Positions 41,541 to 53,366 of a stretch of DNA of 64,000 nucleotides are shown in pieces. The notes under the pieces are model-generated. The model saw only the letters and a list, made by a program, of their open reading frames with translations, made no database searches and had not been told where the DNA came from. Positions within the stretch are counted from its first letter, which is position 1; each line of letters begins with the position of its first letter. Position numbers and translations under genes: made by a program. The DNA is from an uncultured Gammaproteobacteria bacterium (GTDB taxonomy: Bacteria > Pseudomonadota > Gammaproteobacteria > DRLM01). The stretch is from NCBI GenBank assembly GCA_963729605.1, contig CAVSNY010000003.1:192001-256000 (forward strand), in the 5' to 3' direction.

Positions 41541-42677
41541 TTATTTAACCCCCGTCCGCTGAGCGCGGGTGATCGCCAGCGCGTAAGGCCCGAGTTCCGC
41601 CGAGAAGGGCGAACCGGCGACCTTGCTGAGGGCGCCTGAATTGGGATCGATGTGAAACGCGGAGATGGTGTTGTTACCGTTATCCGCCACGTAGGCCAAC
41701 TGATCTCTCGGATCGACGATTACCGCGTAAGGAAACCAGGCGGTGGCGTAGGGCGAACCTTCGATTTCAGTCAGCGCGCCGGTTTCCCGGTCCAGCGTGA
41801 AGGCGGAGACGTTGTGGCTACCCCAGTTGGCAACGTAGACGAAACGGTTGCTGGGATCGACGGTGACCGAATAGGGTTGCGCACCGGCCACGAAGGGTGA
41901 GCCGCTTACTTCGGTCAGCGCGCCCGATTTGTCGTCGATGTGAAAGGCCGAGATCGTCGCCGTGCCGTAGTTGGCCACGTACATGAATTGATTGTCGTGG
42001 GACACCGCGATGTAAATCGGGTGGGGATCGGTCTTCGCGATTTGTTGGAGCGGAGTCAGCGAGCCATCGTTCTGATCGACGCGATAACTGCTGACCGATT
42101 CATCGTCGAAATTGGAGACGAAGGCGTAGCGGCCGTTGGGCGACACGGTGATACCGATCGGGTGTTTGCCGGTGGCGACCGGCGCGCCGGTCCGCTGCAA
42201 TGCGCCGGTGGTCTTATCGACCCGATACGGCGTGATCAGATTGGCGTCCTCGCTGGCGACGTAGACATAGCGGTCGTCCGGCGTGATGGTGATGGCGTCG
42301 GGATAGATCCCGACCTGGTAGGGCGACCCCGGCAATATTTCCAACGCGCCGTTTTCAGGATTGATTTTGTAGGCGGACACCGTTCCCGAGCCTTGATTGG
42401 TGGCGTAAACAAAACGACCGTCATGCGATGACGTGATCGAGACCGGGAAGCGTCCCGACTGATAAGGCGAGCCGGGCAAGGCGGTGAGCACGCCGGTTTT
42501 CAGGTCGATGCGATAGCCGGACACATTGTGAGCGGCTTGGTTCGCGGCATAAATATACTCGGCATCCGCTTCGCCGGCGTCGCGTGCCGCCGCTTGATCC
42601 GCCGCGGCGCCGGCGCTGAACGCCAATGACATCGTGATCGTTGCCAAGCCTGTACGCAAACCATGCGGTTTTTGCAT
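41541..42677 (-). CDS. secreted 7-bladed beta-propeller (lactonase family)
   Basis: Signal peptide; about seven repeats of YVAN...SAF.ID..GAL....GSP(Y/F). Confidence 0.88.
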   Translation of the reverse strand: MQKPHGLRTGLATITMSLAFSAGAAADQAAARDAGEADAEYIYAANQAAHNVSGYRIDLKTGVLTALPGSPYQSGRFPVSITSSHDGRFVYATNQGSGTVSAYKINPENGALEILPGSPYQVGIYPDAITITPDDRYVYVASEDANLITPYRVDKTTGALQRTGAPVATGKHPIGITVSPNGRYAFVSNFDDESVSSYRVDQNDGSLTPLQQIAKTDPHPIYIAVSHDNQFMYVANYGTATISAFHIDDKSGALTEVSGSPFVAGAQPYSVTVDPSNRFVYVANWGSHNVSAFTLDRETGALTEIEGSPYATAWFPYAVIVDPRDQLAYVADNGNNTISAFHIDPNSGALSKVAGSPFSAELGPYALAITRAQRTGVK

Positions 42678-42813
42678 CCGGTATCCCCCCTCTAAAAATC
42701 CGAATGTACTGTCCATGCGCCTGGCGGCGGCATGAGCTTATTCTTTACAACACCACCGACTATACAAAGCGAGGCCGGTACGATTCAAGTCAATTCGGCG
42801 AAACCTGCCGCCG

Positions 42814-45676
42814 TTAAGATTTTCGGCGGCGTTTCGCCGGCATCACATTGGTTTCCTGCAACACCGGCCGCAGGAAATGACCGGTGTACGAGCTTGGATG
42901 TTGCGCCACCGCTTCGGGCGTGCCCGCCGTGAGGATTTCGCCGCCTTTGTCGCCGCCCTCGGGGCCGAGATCGATCAGCCAGTCGGCGGTTTTGATCACG
43001 TCGAGATTGTGTTCGATGATCACGATGGTGTTGCCCTGATCGCGCAGCCGGTGCAATACGTCCAGCAATTGCTGAATGTCGTGGAAGTGCAGGCCCGTGG
43101 TGGGCTCGTCGAGGATGTAGAGGGTGCTGCCGGTGCCGCGTTTGGAGAGTTCGCGCGACAGTTTCACCCGCTGCGCCTCGCCGCCGGAAAGGGTGGTGGC
43201 GTTCTGGCCGAGGCGGATGTAGGAGAGTCCGACGTCCATCAAGGTCTGCAATTTGTTTCGCACCATGGGCACGGCGTCGAAAAACGTCAGCGCGTCTTCG
43301 ACGGTCATGTCCAGCACCTCGAAAATATTTTTACCCTTGAAGCGGATCTCCAGGGTTTCGCGGTTGTAGCGTTTGCCCTTGCACACATCGCATGCTACAT
43401 AAATGTCCGGCAGAAAGTGCATCTCCACCTTGATGACGCCGTCGCCCTGGCAGGCCTCGCAGCGCCCGCCTTTGACATTGAAGCTGAAACGGCCGGGGCC
43501 GTAGCCGCGCGCGCGCGCCTCCTGGGTGCCGGAGAACAGATCGCGAATCGGCGTAAACAAACCGGTATAGGTCGCCGGATTGGAGCGCGGCGTGCGGCCG
43601 ATCGGGCTTTGATCGATATTGATGACCTTGTCGAATTGTTCGAGGCCGACGATCTCCGCGCAGGGCGCCGCCTCCTCGGTGCTGCCGTTGATGACGCGCG
43701 CGGCTTGATGATAAAGCGTATCGTTGACCAGGGTGGATTTGCCGGAGCCGGACACGCCGGTGACGCAGGTCATCAGCCCCACCGGGATGTCGGCGTCGAC
43801 GCCTTTTAAATTATTGCCGCTGGCGCCGCGTATTTTCAGTTGCCGCGCCGGGTCGTTGGGGGTGCGGGCCTGCGGCACGGCGATGCTGCGTTGGCCGCTG
43901 AGATATTGGCCGGTGAGCGAGGCGGGGTTGGCGATCACCGCCTGCGGCGTGCCTTGCGCGACGATCTGGCCGCCGTGGACGCCGGCGCCGGGGCCGATGT
44001 CCACCACGTGGTCGGCGGCGCGGATGGCGTCTTCGTCGTGCTCCACCACGATCACCGTGTTGCCGAGTTCGCGCAGGTGACGCAAGGTGTCGAGCAGGCG
44101 CTGATTGTCGCGCTGGTGCAGGCCGATCGAGGGTTCGTCGAGCATGTACATCACGCCGACCAAACCGGCGCCGATCTGGCTCGCTAAACGTATGCGTTGC
44201 GCCTCGCCGCCGGACAGGGTGTCGGCGCTGCGGTCGAGGGTGAGGTAATCGAGACCGACGTTCACGAGGAAGGTGAGCCGCTCGCCGACCTCGCTTAAGA
44301 ATCTTGTCCGCGATTTCACCGCGCCGGCCGGGCAGGATCAGGTCGTGAAAGAATTGCTGGGCGCGCTCGATGGGCATCGCGGTCACCTCGGGCAGGGTGC
44401 GGCCGGCGAGATAGACATGGCGCGCCTCGGTGCGCAGCCGCGTCCCTTCGCAACTGGGGCAAGGCTGGTTGCTGAGGTATTTCGCCAGTTCTTCGCGCAC
44501 CGCGTTGGATTCGGTCTCGCGGTAGCGGCGTTCCATGTTGGGGATGATGCCTTCGAAAGGATGTTTGCGGCGGGTCTTGGTGCCGCGTTCGTTCAAATAA
44601 ACGAATTCGATTTCCTCGTCGCCGCTGCCGTACAGAATCACCTGGCGGATCTTGGCCGGCACGTCCTCGAAGGGGTCTTCCACGTCGAAGCGGTAATGGC
44701 GCGCCAGCGATTGCAGCATGTGGAAGTAATACACGTTGCGCCGGTCCCAGCCGCGGATCGCGCCGCCGGCGAGGCTCAAGGTGGCATCGACGATCACTCG
44801 CGCCGGGTCGAAGAATTGCTTCACGCCCAGACCGTCGCAGGTCGGGCAGGCCCCCGCCGGGTTGTTGAAGGAGAACAGGCGCGGCTCCAGCTCCGGCAGA
44901 CTGTAGCCGCACAACGGACAGGCGAACTTGGCGGAAAATACCAAGTCGTCGCGCCGGGGTTCGTCGATGAAGGCGATGCGCGCCAGTCCTTCGCTCATGG
45001 CCAGCGCGGTTTCGAAGGAATCCGCCAGGCGTTGCTGCACGTCGGCGCGCACCTTGAAGCGGTCGATCACCACCTCGATGCTGTGTTTCTTGCGCAGATC
45101 CAGCTTGGGCACCTCGTCGAGTTCGGTCACCGCGCCGTCGATGCGGGCGCGCACGAAACCCTGCGCGCGTAATTCGTCGATGAGTTTGTGGTGCTCGCCT
45201 TTGCGTTCCTGCACCACCGGCGCGAGCAGCATCAGCTTGCTGCCCTCCGGCAGGGCCAGCACCTGATCGACCATCTGGCTGACGGTTTGCGCCGCCAGCA
45301 CGGTGCCGTGGTCGGGGCAGCGCGGTTCGCCGGCGCGGGCGAACAGCAGACGCAGGTAATCGTAGATTTCGGTCATGGTGCCGACGGTGGAGCGGGGGTT
45401 GTGCGAGGTGGATTTCTGCTCGATGGAAATCGCCGGCGACAGACCTTCGATATGGTCGACGTCCGGCTTTTCCATCATCGACAAAAATTGCCGCGCGTAA
45501 CTGGAGAGCGATTCCACGTAGCGCCGTTGGCCTTCCGCATAAATGGTGTCGAAGGCCAGCGAGGATTTGCCCGAACCGGACAGGCCGGTGATGACGATCA
45601 ATTTGTCGCGCGGCAAATCCAGGTCGATGTTTTTTAGATTATGGGTGCGTGCGCCGCGTATCCGAATACTTTCCAT
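42814..45676 (-). pseudogene. uvrA: excinuclease ABC subunit A split by a 1-bp frameshift near 44293-44298
   Basis: N half [15 protein letters not shown]...ADKILK and C half EVGERLTFL... are in different frames; both ABC motif sets and zinc fingers intact. Confidence 0.92.
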
Positions 45677-45752
45677 CCTAATTTCCCGCTCATGGTGCAA
45701 CCTGCTACTATACCCCCCCTTCGCGTGACGAGGCAAAAACGAGAAAACGCTT

Positions 45753-47126
45753 GTGACGGATGACAACATGACCCCCGGCGAGCGGCGCGCCACCCTGTCG
45801 CTGGCCGCGATCTTTTCCACCCGCATGTTGGGTTTATTCATGATCCTGCCGGTGTTCGCGCTCTATGCGCAACATCTGGAGGACGCCACCCCGGCCTTGA
45901 TGGGGCTGGCCATCGGTATTTACGGCTTGCTGCAGGCGGTGCTGGGCATCCCCTTCGGCATGCTTTCCGACCGGGTCGGCCGCAAGCCGGTGATCGTGGC
46001 GGGGCTGATCATTTTCATGATCGGCAGCGTGGTGGCGGCGCTGGCCGACTCGATCTGGGGCGTGATCCTCGGCCGGGCCCTGCAGGGCGGCGGCGCCATC
46101 GCGGCGGTGGTGATGGCCCTGGCGGCGGATTTGACCCGCGAGGAGCATCGGGTCAAATCCATGGCCACCATCGGTGCCAGCATCGGCATATCCTTCACCG
46201 TGGCGCTGGTCATCGGGCCGTTGCTGAATAAATGGATCGGGGTGCCCGGTATTTTCTGGGCGACCGCGGCGTTGGGATTGGCCGCCGTCGCGGTCTTGTA
46301 TCTGTGGGTGCCGCGGCCGGCGCAGAGCCGGTTGCATCGCGACGCCCAGGCGGTGCCCGCCTATTTCAGCACGGTATTACACAACCCAGAATTACTCCGT
46401 CTCGATTTCGGCTCTTTCACTTTGCATATGCTGCTCACCGCCAGTTTCGTGGTGACGCCCATCGCCTTGCGCGATCACGCCGGGCTGGCGGCGGATCACC
46501 ACTGGCTGGTGTATTTGGGGGTGATGGTAGTGGCGCTGGCGGTAATGGTGCCCTTCGTCATCATCGCCGAGAAGCGGCGCAAGATGAAGCCGATCTTCGT
46601 CGGCGCCATCGGCCTGCTGGTGGTCGCCGAGCTGGTGTTGATGAGCGGCTGGCAGACCCTCGGCGGGCTGGTGGCCGGCCTGCTGCTGTTCTTCATCGCC
46701 TTCAATTTATTGGAAGCCACCCTGCCGTCCCTGGTGGCCAAGATCACCCCGCCGGACAAAAAGGGCACCGCCATGGGTGTTTATACCAGTTCGCAATTCT
46801 TCGGCGCCTTTTGCGGCGGCGCGTTGGGCGGCTGGCTCTACGGCGAGGTGGGCATTAGCGGCGTATTCGCGCTGTGCGCGGTGATGGGCGCGCTCTGGGT
46901 GGGCGTGGCCGCCACCATGCGTCCCCCGCGGTATTTGTCCAGTCAATTGCTGCACCTGGGCGAGATCAGCCCGGCCGAGGCGGCGCCCTTGACCCAGCGC
47001 CTGCTGCTTATCCCCGGGGTGGCCGAGGCGGTGGTGATCGTCGAGGAGGGGGTGGCCTATCTCAAGGTGGATAAAAAGCTGCTCGACGCCGACGCCCTGC
47101 GTGAGTTTTGCGCGGCCGAGTCGTAA
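45753..47126 (+). CDS. MFS transporter (YajR-like)
   Basis: [20 protein letters not shown]-terminal AYLKVD domain; lies between uvrA and ssb. Confidence 0.92.
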   Translation: MTDDNMTPGERRATLSLAAIFSTRMLGLFMILPVFALYAQHLEDATPALMGLAIGIYGLLQAVLGIPFGMLSDRVGRKPVIVAGLIIFMIGSVVAALADSIWGVILGRALQGGGAIAAVVMALAADLTREEHRVKSMATIGASIGISFTVALVIGPLLNKWIGVPGIFWATAALGLAAVAVLYLWVPRPAQSRLHRDAQAVPAYFSTVLHNPELLRLDFGSFTLHMLLTASFVVTPIALRDHAGLAADHHWLVYLGVMVVALAVMVPFVIIAEKRRKMKPIFVGAIGLLVVAELVLMSGWQTLGGLVAGLLLFFIAFNLLEATLPSLVAKITPPDKKGTAMGVYTSSQFFGAFCGGALGGWLYGEVGISGVFALCAVMGALWVGVAATMRPPRYLSSQLLHLGEISPAEAAPLTQRLLLIPGVAEAVVIVEEGVAYLKVDKKLLDADALREFCAAES

Positions 47127-47209
47127 ACTAGGGATTGCGCGCGGTGGCATAGCGCGGGTGTACAGCAAACGGCGGCGATCGGGCGGCCGTCAACAATGGG
47201 GTGATGACC

Positions 47210-47677
47210 ATGGCAAAAGGCATAAACAAAGTAATTTTGATCGGCAACCTGGGCAAAGACCCCGAAGTGCGCTACATGCCCAGCGGCGGTGCGGTGGCCA
47301 ATGTCACGCTCGCCACCAGCGAGTCGTGGAAAGACAAGCAGAGCGGCGAGAACCAAGAACGCACCGAGTGGCACAACGTGGTGTTTTTCAATCGCCTGGC
47401 CGAGATCGCCGGGGAATATCTGAAGAAGGGCTCCAAGGTCTACGTCGAAGGCTCCTTGCGTACCCGCAAGTGGCAGGACAAAAACGGTCAGGACCGCTAC
47501 ACCACCGAGATCGTGGCCGGCGAGATGCAGATGCTCGACAGCCGCGGCGCGGGCGGCGGCGGTGCCCCGGCGGCGGGCCGTGAGGGCAGTGGCGGCGGCA
47601 ACTGGCAGAAAGAGTCTTCCTCCTCCGCCGGTTCACCGGCCCCGGCCGGCGATTTCGACGACGACATCCCGTTTTAA
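47210..47677 (+). CDS. ssb: single-stranded DNA-binding protein
   Basis: [15 protein letters not shown]-terminal DDDIPF. Confidence 0.98.
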   Translation: MAKGINKVILIGNLGKDPEVRYMPSGGAVANVTLATSESWKDKQSGENQERTEWHNVVFFNRLAEIAGEYLKKGSKVYVEGSLRTRKWQDKNGQDRYTTEIVAGEMQMLDSRGAGGGGAPAAGREGSGGGNWQKESSSSAGSPAPAGDFDDDIPF

Positions 47678-47784
47678 TCCGGAAAAAAGCTGAGGGCAAC
47701 GGACGGCGTGAGTACCCGTGGGGACGGGTGCCGCCCGCGGCCGCCGCAGGGGTAGTGCGAAAAGAATAATCGGGGGCTGATCAC

Positions 47785-48951
47785 ATGAATCTACACGAGT
47801 TTCAGGCCAAGCAATTGTTTGCCTTCTACGGCATCGCGGTACCGCCCGGCGGCGAGGCGGACAGCGCCGAGGCGGCGCGCGCGACGGCCAGCCGGCTCGG
47901 CGGCGAGGAGTGGGTGGTCAAGGCCCAGGTCCACGCCGGCGGCCGCGGCAAGGCCGGCGGCGTCAAACGGGCCAAGAGCCTCGATGACGTGGAGGCCGCC
48001 ACCCTGGCCCTCTTGGGCACGCGGTTGATCACTCACCAGACGCCCCCCGAAGGCTTGCCGATACACCATGTCTTGATCGAGCCGGTCTCGCAGGTCGTCC
48101 GCGAACTGTATCTCGGCGCGGTGATCGACCGCGCCCGCGAGCGGGTGGTATTCATGGCCTCCAGCATGGGCGGCATGGACATCGAACAGGTCGCCGCCGC
48201 CCAGCCGGAACAGATACTCACCCTCGCCGTCGATCCGGTGGTCGGCCTGCAACCCTATCAGGTGCGCCAGGTGGGTTTCGCGCTCAAGCTCGACATGCAA
48301 CAATTCGCCGCGCTGAACGCGGTGATGAACGGGCTGTACCGCCTGTTCATGGAGAAGGACGTCAGCCTGGTGGAGATCAATCCGCTGGTGGTGACCGGTA
48401 CCGGCGAGTTGATCGCGGTGGACGCCAAGCTCAATCTCGACGACAACGCCCTGTTCCGCCATCCCGATCTGCTGGCCTTGAAAGATCCCAGTCAGGAAAA
48501 CGAGATGGAATTGGAGGCCGAGAAACACGGCCTCAATTACGTGCCGCTCGACGGCAGTATCGCCTGCATGGTCAACGGCGCGGGCCTTGCCATGGCCACC
48601 ATGGACATTATCAAACTGCATGGCGGCGAGCCGGCCAATTTTCTCGACGTCGGCGGCGGCACCACCGCGGAACGGGTGGCCGAGGCCTTCAAGCTGATTC
48701 TTTCCGATAAAAAAGTGAAGGCGGTGCTGGTGAACATCTTCGGCGGCATCGTGCGCTGCGACCTTATCGCCGAGGGCATCATCAAGGCCGTGCAGGAAGT
48801 GCATGTGACGGTGCCGGTGGTCGTGCGGCTACAGGGCACCAATGTGGAAAAAGGCAAAGCGATGTTGAAGGAGAGCGGGCTCGCCATCACTGCGGCCGAC
48901 GATCTCAGCGGCGCCGCGGCGACGGTGGTCAAGCTGGCGGCGGGGGCCTGA
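47785..48951 (+). CDS. sucC: succinate--CoA ligase beta subunit
   Basis: [37 protein letters not shown]. Confidence 0.98.
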   Translation: MNLHEFQAKQLFAFYGIAVPPGGEADSAEAARATASRLGGEEWVVKAQVHAGGRGKAGGVKRAKSLDDVEAATLALLGTRLITHQTPPEGLPIHHVLIEPVSQVVRELYLGAVIDRARERVVFMASSMGGMDIEQVAAAQPEQILTLAVDPVVGLQPYQVRQVGFALKLDMQQFAALNAVMNGLYRLFMEKDVSLVEINPLVVTGTGELIAVDAKLNLDDNALFRHPDLLALKDPSQENEMELEAEKHGLNYVPLDGSIACMVNGAGLAMATMDIIKLHGGEPANFLDVGGGTTAERVAEAFKLILSDKKVKAVLVNIFGGIVRCDLIAEGIIKAVQEVHVTVPVVVRLQGTNVEKGKAMLKESGLAITAADDLSGAAATVVKLAAGA

Positions 48952-48954
48952 GGC

Positions 48955-49827
48955 ATGTCGATACTCATCAATAAAAATACCCGGGTGATTTGCCAAGGGT
49001 TCACCGGCAAGCAGGGCACCTTTCATTCGCAGCAGGCCATCGACTACGGCACCCAACTGGTGGGCGGGGTGACGCCGGGCAAGGGCGGACAACTGCATCT
49101 CGATCGGCCGGTATTCGATACCGTGCGCGACGCGGTGCAGGCGACCAAGGCCGACGCCACCATGATCTACGTGCCGGCGCCGTACGCGGCCGACGCGATA
49201 CTGGAGGCGGCCGACGCCGGCATCGCCACCATCGTCTGCATCACCGAAGGCATCCCGGTGGTGGACATGCTGAAGGTGAAGGCGGCGTTGAAACACTACA
49301 ACGCCCGTCTCATCGGCCCGAATTGTCCGGGCGTGATTACCCCCGGCGAATGCAAAATCGGCATCATGCCGGGCTCGATCCACAAGAAAGGCAGCATCGG
49401 CATCGTCTCGCGTTCCGGCACCTTGACCTATGAGGCCGTGCATCAGACGACCATGAACGGCCTGGGGCAGAGCACCTGCGTCGGCATCGGCGGCGATCCC
49501 ATCCAAGGCACCAACTTCATCGACTGCCTGCAACTCTTCGAGCAGGACCGCCAGACCAAAGGCATCGTCATGGTCGGCGAGATCGGCGGTACCGCCGAGG
49601 AAGAGGCGGCGGACTATATTCGTTCGAGCATGCGTAAACCGGTGGTGGCCTACATCGCCGGCGTCACCGCGCCGACAGGCAAACGCATGGGCCATGCCGG
49701 CGCCATCATTGCCGGCGGCAAGGGCCGGGCGAAAGACAAGATCGCGGCGCTGGAGGCGGCGGGTGTGAGCGTGGCCTATTCCCCGGCCGACATCGGCAAA
49801 CGCATGTTGGAGTTTTTTACGGGCTGA
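48955..49827 (+). CDS. sucD: succinate--CoA ligase alpha subunit
   Basis: QGFTG, GPNCPG, RMGHAGA. Confidence 0.98.
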   Translation: MSILINKNTRVICQGFTGKQGTFHSQQAIDYGTQLVGGVTPGKGGQLHLDRPVFDTVRDAVQATKADATMIYVPAPYAADAILEAADAGIATIVCITEGIPVVDMLKVKAALKHYNARLIGPNCPGVITPGECKIGIMPGSIHKKGSIGIVSRSGTLTYEAVHQTTMNGLGQSTCVGIGGDPIQGTNFIDCLQLFEQDRQTKGIVMVGEIGGTAEEEAADYIRSSMRKPVVAYIAGVTAPTGKRMGHAGAIIAGGKGRAKDKIAALEAAGVSVAYSPADIGKRMLEFFTG

Positions 49828-49840
49828 GCAGGGTGTGCAG

Positions 49841-49944
49841 CCTCTCTCCAGCGCGGGGAAGGGAAGCCGGGGTCTGGCGACAAAACGCACGTGTTTCCGT
49901 TCGCCGCTCTTACCCTGTCCTTCTCCCGTTTACGGGAGAGGGGG
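49841..49944. repeat. inverted pair of degenerate BoxC-like repeats
   Basis: CCTCTCTCCAGCGCGGGGAAGGG... and ...CCCTGTCCTTCTCCCGTTTACGGGAGAGGGGG. Confidence 0.65.
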
Positions 49945-50025
49945 CGTGTTCACCTGATCTAGCGGCAAACGATGACGGCAATAAGACGTTTCTCCGGCGG
50001 GACGGAGCGAGGAGATCGATAAATA

Positions 50026-51669
50026 GTGACGCAGCAACTACGAGTGGCGCTGGCCCAGCTCAATATGCTGGTGGGCGATGTGGCGGGCAATGTCGCGAAG
50101 GCGGCGGCGGCGCTCGCCCGCGCGCGCGATGAGTTGCGCGCCGACGTGGTGATCTTTCCCGAACTCACCCTCACCGGTTATCCGCCCGAAGATTTATTGC
50201 TGCGCCCCGGCCTGCACCGCCAGGTGTTGCACGGCCTTGAAGAACTCAAACGCCAGGTGACCGGCATCGACGTGGTGCTGGGTTATCCCGCGCCCGCCGT
50301 CGACGGCCTGCACAACAGCGCCTCGCTGCTGCGCGAGGGCAAGATCATCGCCACGTATCACAAACAACATCTTCCCAATTACAGCGTGTTCGACGAGAAG
50401 CGCTACTTCGTGCCCGGCAATGAGGCGACGGTGGTGGAGATCCGCGGCGTGCCGGTGGCCCTCACCATTTGCGAAGACCTTTGGCACCTCGGTCCCATGG
50501 CGCAGGCCAAGGCGGCGGGGGCGGCGCTGATGTTCAATCTCAACGCCTCGCCCTATCACGCCTGCAAAGGCGATGAGCGCGAGGCTGTGCTGCGGGAACG
50601 TTTGGTGGAGGCGGCCATGCCCGTCGTCTACGTGAATCAAGTGGGCGGGCAGGATGAGTTGATATTCGACGGCGAGTCCTTGGTGATGAACGGCGAGGGT
50701 GAGGTCGTGCTGCGGGCCCGGCCCTTCGTCGAAGAGATTTATTTAGCCGAATTCGATGTGCGGAACGGTGTGGCTTTCCCGCGGCCGGGGGTGAAACACA
50801 CTCCGTTGTCCGAGGTGGAGAGTATTTATCGCGCGGTGGTGCTGGGCGTGCGCGATTACATCGAGAAAAACGGCTTCCTCGGCGCGGTGATCGGCCTTTC
50901 CGGGGGCGTCGATTCGGCGCTCACACTGGCCATCGCGGTGGACGCCATCGGCGCCGGACGGGTGGAGGCGGTGATGATGCCTTCGCGCTACACCGCGCAG
51001 ATGAGCCTCGACGACGCGGAACGGCAAGCAAAGACGCTGGGCGTGGAATACCACGTCATTTCCATCGAGCCCGCCTTCAACGCCTTCCTCGCCAGTTTGC
51101 AGGATGAGCTGGCCGGCACGGCGCCGGACACCACCGAAGAGAATATTCAAGCCCGCTGCCGCGGGGTGATCCTGATGGCCATCTCCAATAAAAAAGGTAA
51201 GATTCTGCTCACCACCGGCAATAAGAGCGAGATGGCGGTAGGGTATGCCACCCTTTACGGCGACATGGCGGGAGGTTATGCGCCCATCAAGGATCTGCCC
51301 AAGACCATGGTGTATCAATTGGCGCGTTACCGTAACGGTGTGGCGCCGGTGATTCCGCGGCGGGTGCTGGAGCGGCCGCCGTCGGCGGAGTTGCGGCCCG
51401 ATCAACAAGATCAAGACAGTCTGCCGCCCTACGAAATTCTCGATCCTATCCTGGAAATGTATGTGGAACAGGACAAGGCGCCGGAAGAGATCATCGCCGC
51501 CGGCTTCGAACGCGAGACGGTGCTGCGGGTGGTAGCGATGGTCAATCGCAACGAATACAAACGCCGCCAGGCGCCGCCGGGGGTGCGGGTGACTCGGCGC
51601 GCCTTCGGCCGCGACCGCCGTTATCCGATTACCAGCGGCTATCGCAATCAGCCCCGGCTCGCGCATTGA
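50026..51669 (+). CDS. nadE: glutamine-dependent NAD+ synthetase
   Basis: Nitrilase domain (FPEL, ICEDLW) plus GLSGGVDS, TGNKSE, PSAELR. Confidence 0.97.
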   Translation: MTQQLRVALAQLNMLVGDVAGNVAKAAAALARARDELRADVVIFPELTLTGYPPEDLLLRPGLHRQVLHGLEELKRQVTGIDVVLGYPAPAVDGLHNSASLLREGKIIATYHKQHLPNYSVFDEKRYFVPGNEATVVEIRGVPVALTICEDLWHLGPMAQAKAAGAALMFNLNASPYHACKGDEREAVLRERLVEAAMPVVYVNQVGGQDELIFDGESLVMNGEGEVVLRARPFVEEIYLAEFDVRNGVAFPRPGVKHTPLSEVESIYRAVVLGVRDYIEKNGFLGAVIGLSGGVDSALTLAIAVDAIGAGRVEAVMMPSRYTAQMSLDDAERQAKTLGVEYHVISIEPAFNAFLASLQDELAGTAPDTTEENIQARCRGVILMAISNKKGKILLTTGNKSEMAVGYATLYGDMAGGYAPIKDLPKTMVYQLARYRNGVAPVIPRRVLERPPSAELRPDQQDQDSLPPYEILDPILEMYVEQDKAPEEIIAAGFERETVLRVVAMVNRNEYKRRQAPPGVRVTRRAFGRDRRYPITSGYRNQPRLAH

Positions 51670-51752
51670 AACGGCAATGGCTTTTAAGTGAAGTCCGGCG
51701 GGTTACCGGAAGTCGAAAAATGGCTATCATGTCCGTTAATCGGATGGAATAA

Positions 51753-52142
<390 letters not shown>

Positions 52143-52505
52143 TCAGCGCTTGGCTACCGATAGTGCGCGATCTCGCGGACTCTCGCCCCATCCTTGTTTG
52201 CGCGACATCGGTTTCACCAATCCCCAGCCTGGCGGGCACCCGTGCGCGCTGCCCGCCAGGTTTGCCATCTTCGTTAATATGACTGATCAATATTCTCTGC
52301 CAAGCCGAGATCATGGGACGATGGATTGCGATGACGGTGCTGAAATGAGACCGGGGTTCGTAAAAATAATATGACGACTTCAGTGTTTTAAGTTTTTAGC
52401 CGGGGAAAAATCGACGGCACGATGATACATGTCGCGCGTGATCACTTCAGTGCGATGGTTTTGATGCGCTTCAATCCCTAGTACGGCGCCTCGATAGACC
52501 GCCTC

Positions 52506-52817
52506 TCAGCGTTTGTTGAAACGCTGCTCAATTTCCGCTTCGGCCGCCAACCAGTCTTCGTTGGGATCGCCGCTGAAGCCGCGCCGTTCCGCGCGTAGAT
52601 AGGCGGCAACCGCAATCATGCCGCGGCGCTGATCTTCATTGGGCTGATCCGGTGCTACCGCCGCGCGTTCCGCGGTCATTTTTTTCGGCATGGCTTTACG
52701 GGTGATGGTGGGACCGATCTCGGGTTTCGCCGCTGTTTTCGTGCCGGATTTCGCGGAGCTCATTTTGCCGCCGCTCTTTCCGCCGCTGGTGGCTGGGACT
52801 TTACCTAGATTATCCAT
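52506..52817 (-). CDS. DUF2934 domain protein with Lys/Ala-rich N-terminus
   Basis: MIAVAAYLRAERRGF...DWLAAE; GAGG RBS. Confidence 0.88.
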   Translation of the reverse strand: MDNLGKVPATSGGKSGGKMSSAKSGTKTAAKPEIGPTITRKAMPKKMTAERAAVAPDQPNEDQRRGMIAVAAYLRAERRGFSGDPNEDWLAAEAEIEQRFNKR

Positions 52818-52903
52818 GGTTCGATTCCTCTAATGGAGGGAAGGCAGAGTGGGGGATTGCCGATTACCAACATAATAATAGTACACATCGGCGGGTTTGG
52901 AGT

Positions 52904-53206
52904 TCACAGCAATTCAAATTCGCGCAGGGGCAGCGGGTGGGGTTGGGCAAGATATTTTTTGCGTTCCGCCACGGCGTAACGCAGGGCGCGATGCAAAGTA
53001 AAACCATCGGGAATACCCTTTGATTCGCGGATCGCCACTGCTTTATAGGCCATTTCCAGGGTGATAAATGGCACGGGACTGACCAGGATATGGCGCGCCG
53101 CTTGCCACGTAATGGAATCGGGTTGTTCTAAAAGGGTGCGCAACGAAGCGCGATCCACGGCCGCTAATGGACCTTCGCAGCCGGTACAAGCGTCAATAAT
53201 CTGCAT
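52904..53206 (-). CDS. hypothetical protein
   Basis: 100-aa ORF with strong RBS AAGGAGGG. Confidence 0.7.
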   Translation of the reverse strand: MQIIDACTGCEGPLAAVDRASLRTLLEQPDSITWQAARHILVSPVPFITLEMAYKAVAIRESKGIPDGFTLHRALRYAVAERKKYLAQPHPLPLREFELL

Positions 53207-53366
53207 GATTATCCCTCCTTATGCGCTGCTCCGGCCCCCAGCGGATGTAATAGTCAAATAGATGACGAGTTTATTGAGGGGGCAAGGAGATATATGCAGA
53301 TATCAGGCCATTGCCGGAAGGCAAACCGCCGTCAAAATTCTAAGAGGGAATTATTCAGAGCTTCTC

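Noticed and set aside
41541-42677. Internal sequence periodicity as a DNA repeat array
   Set aside because: Explained by beta-propeller blade repeats in the protein
43811-44292. Arg-rich C-terminal extension of the 676-aa uvrA ORF as a new domain
   Set aside because: It is out-of-frame read-through after the frameshift; the UvrA sequence continues in the other frame
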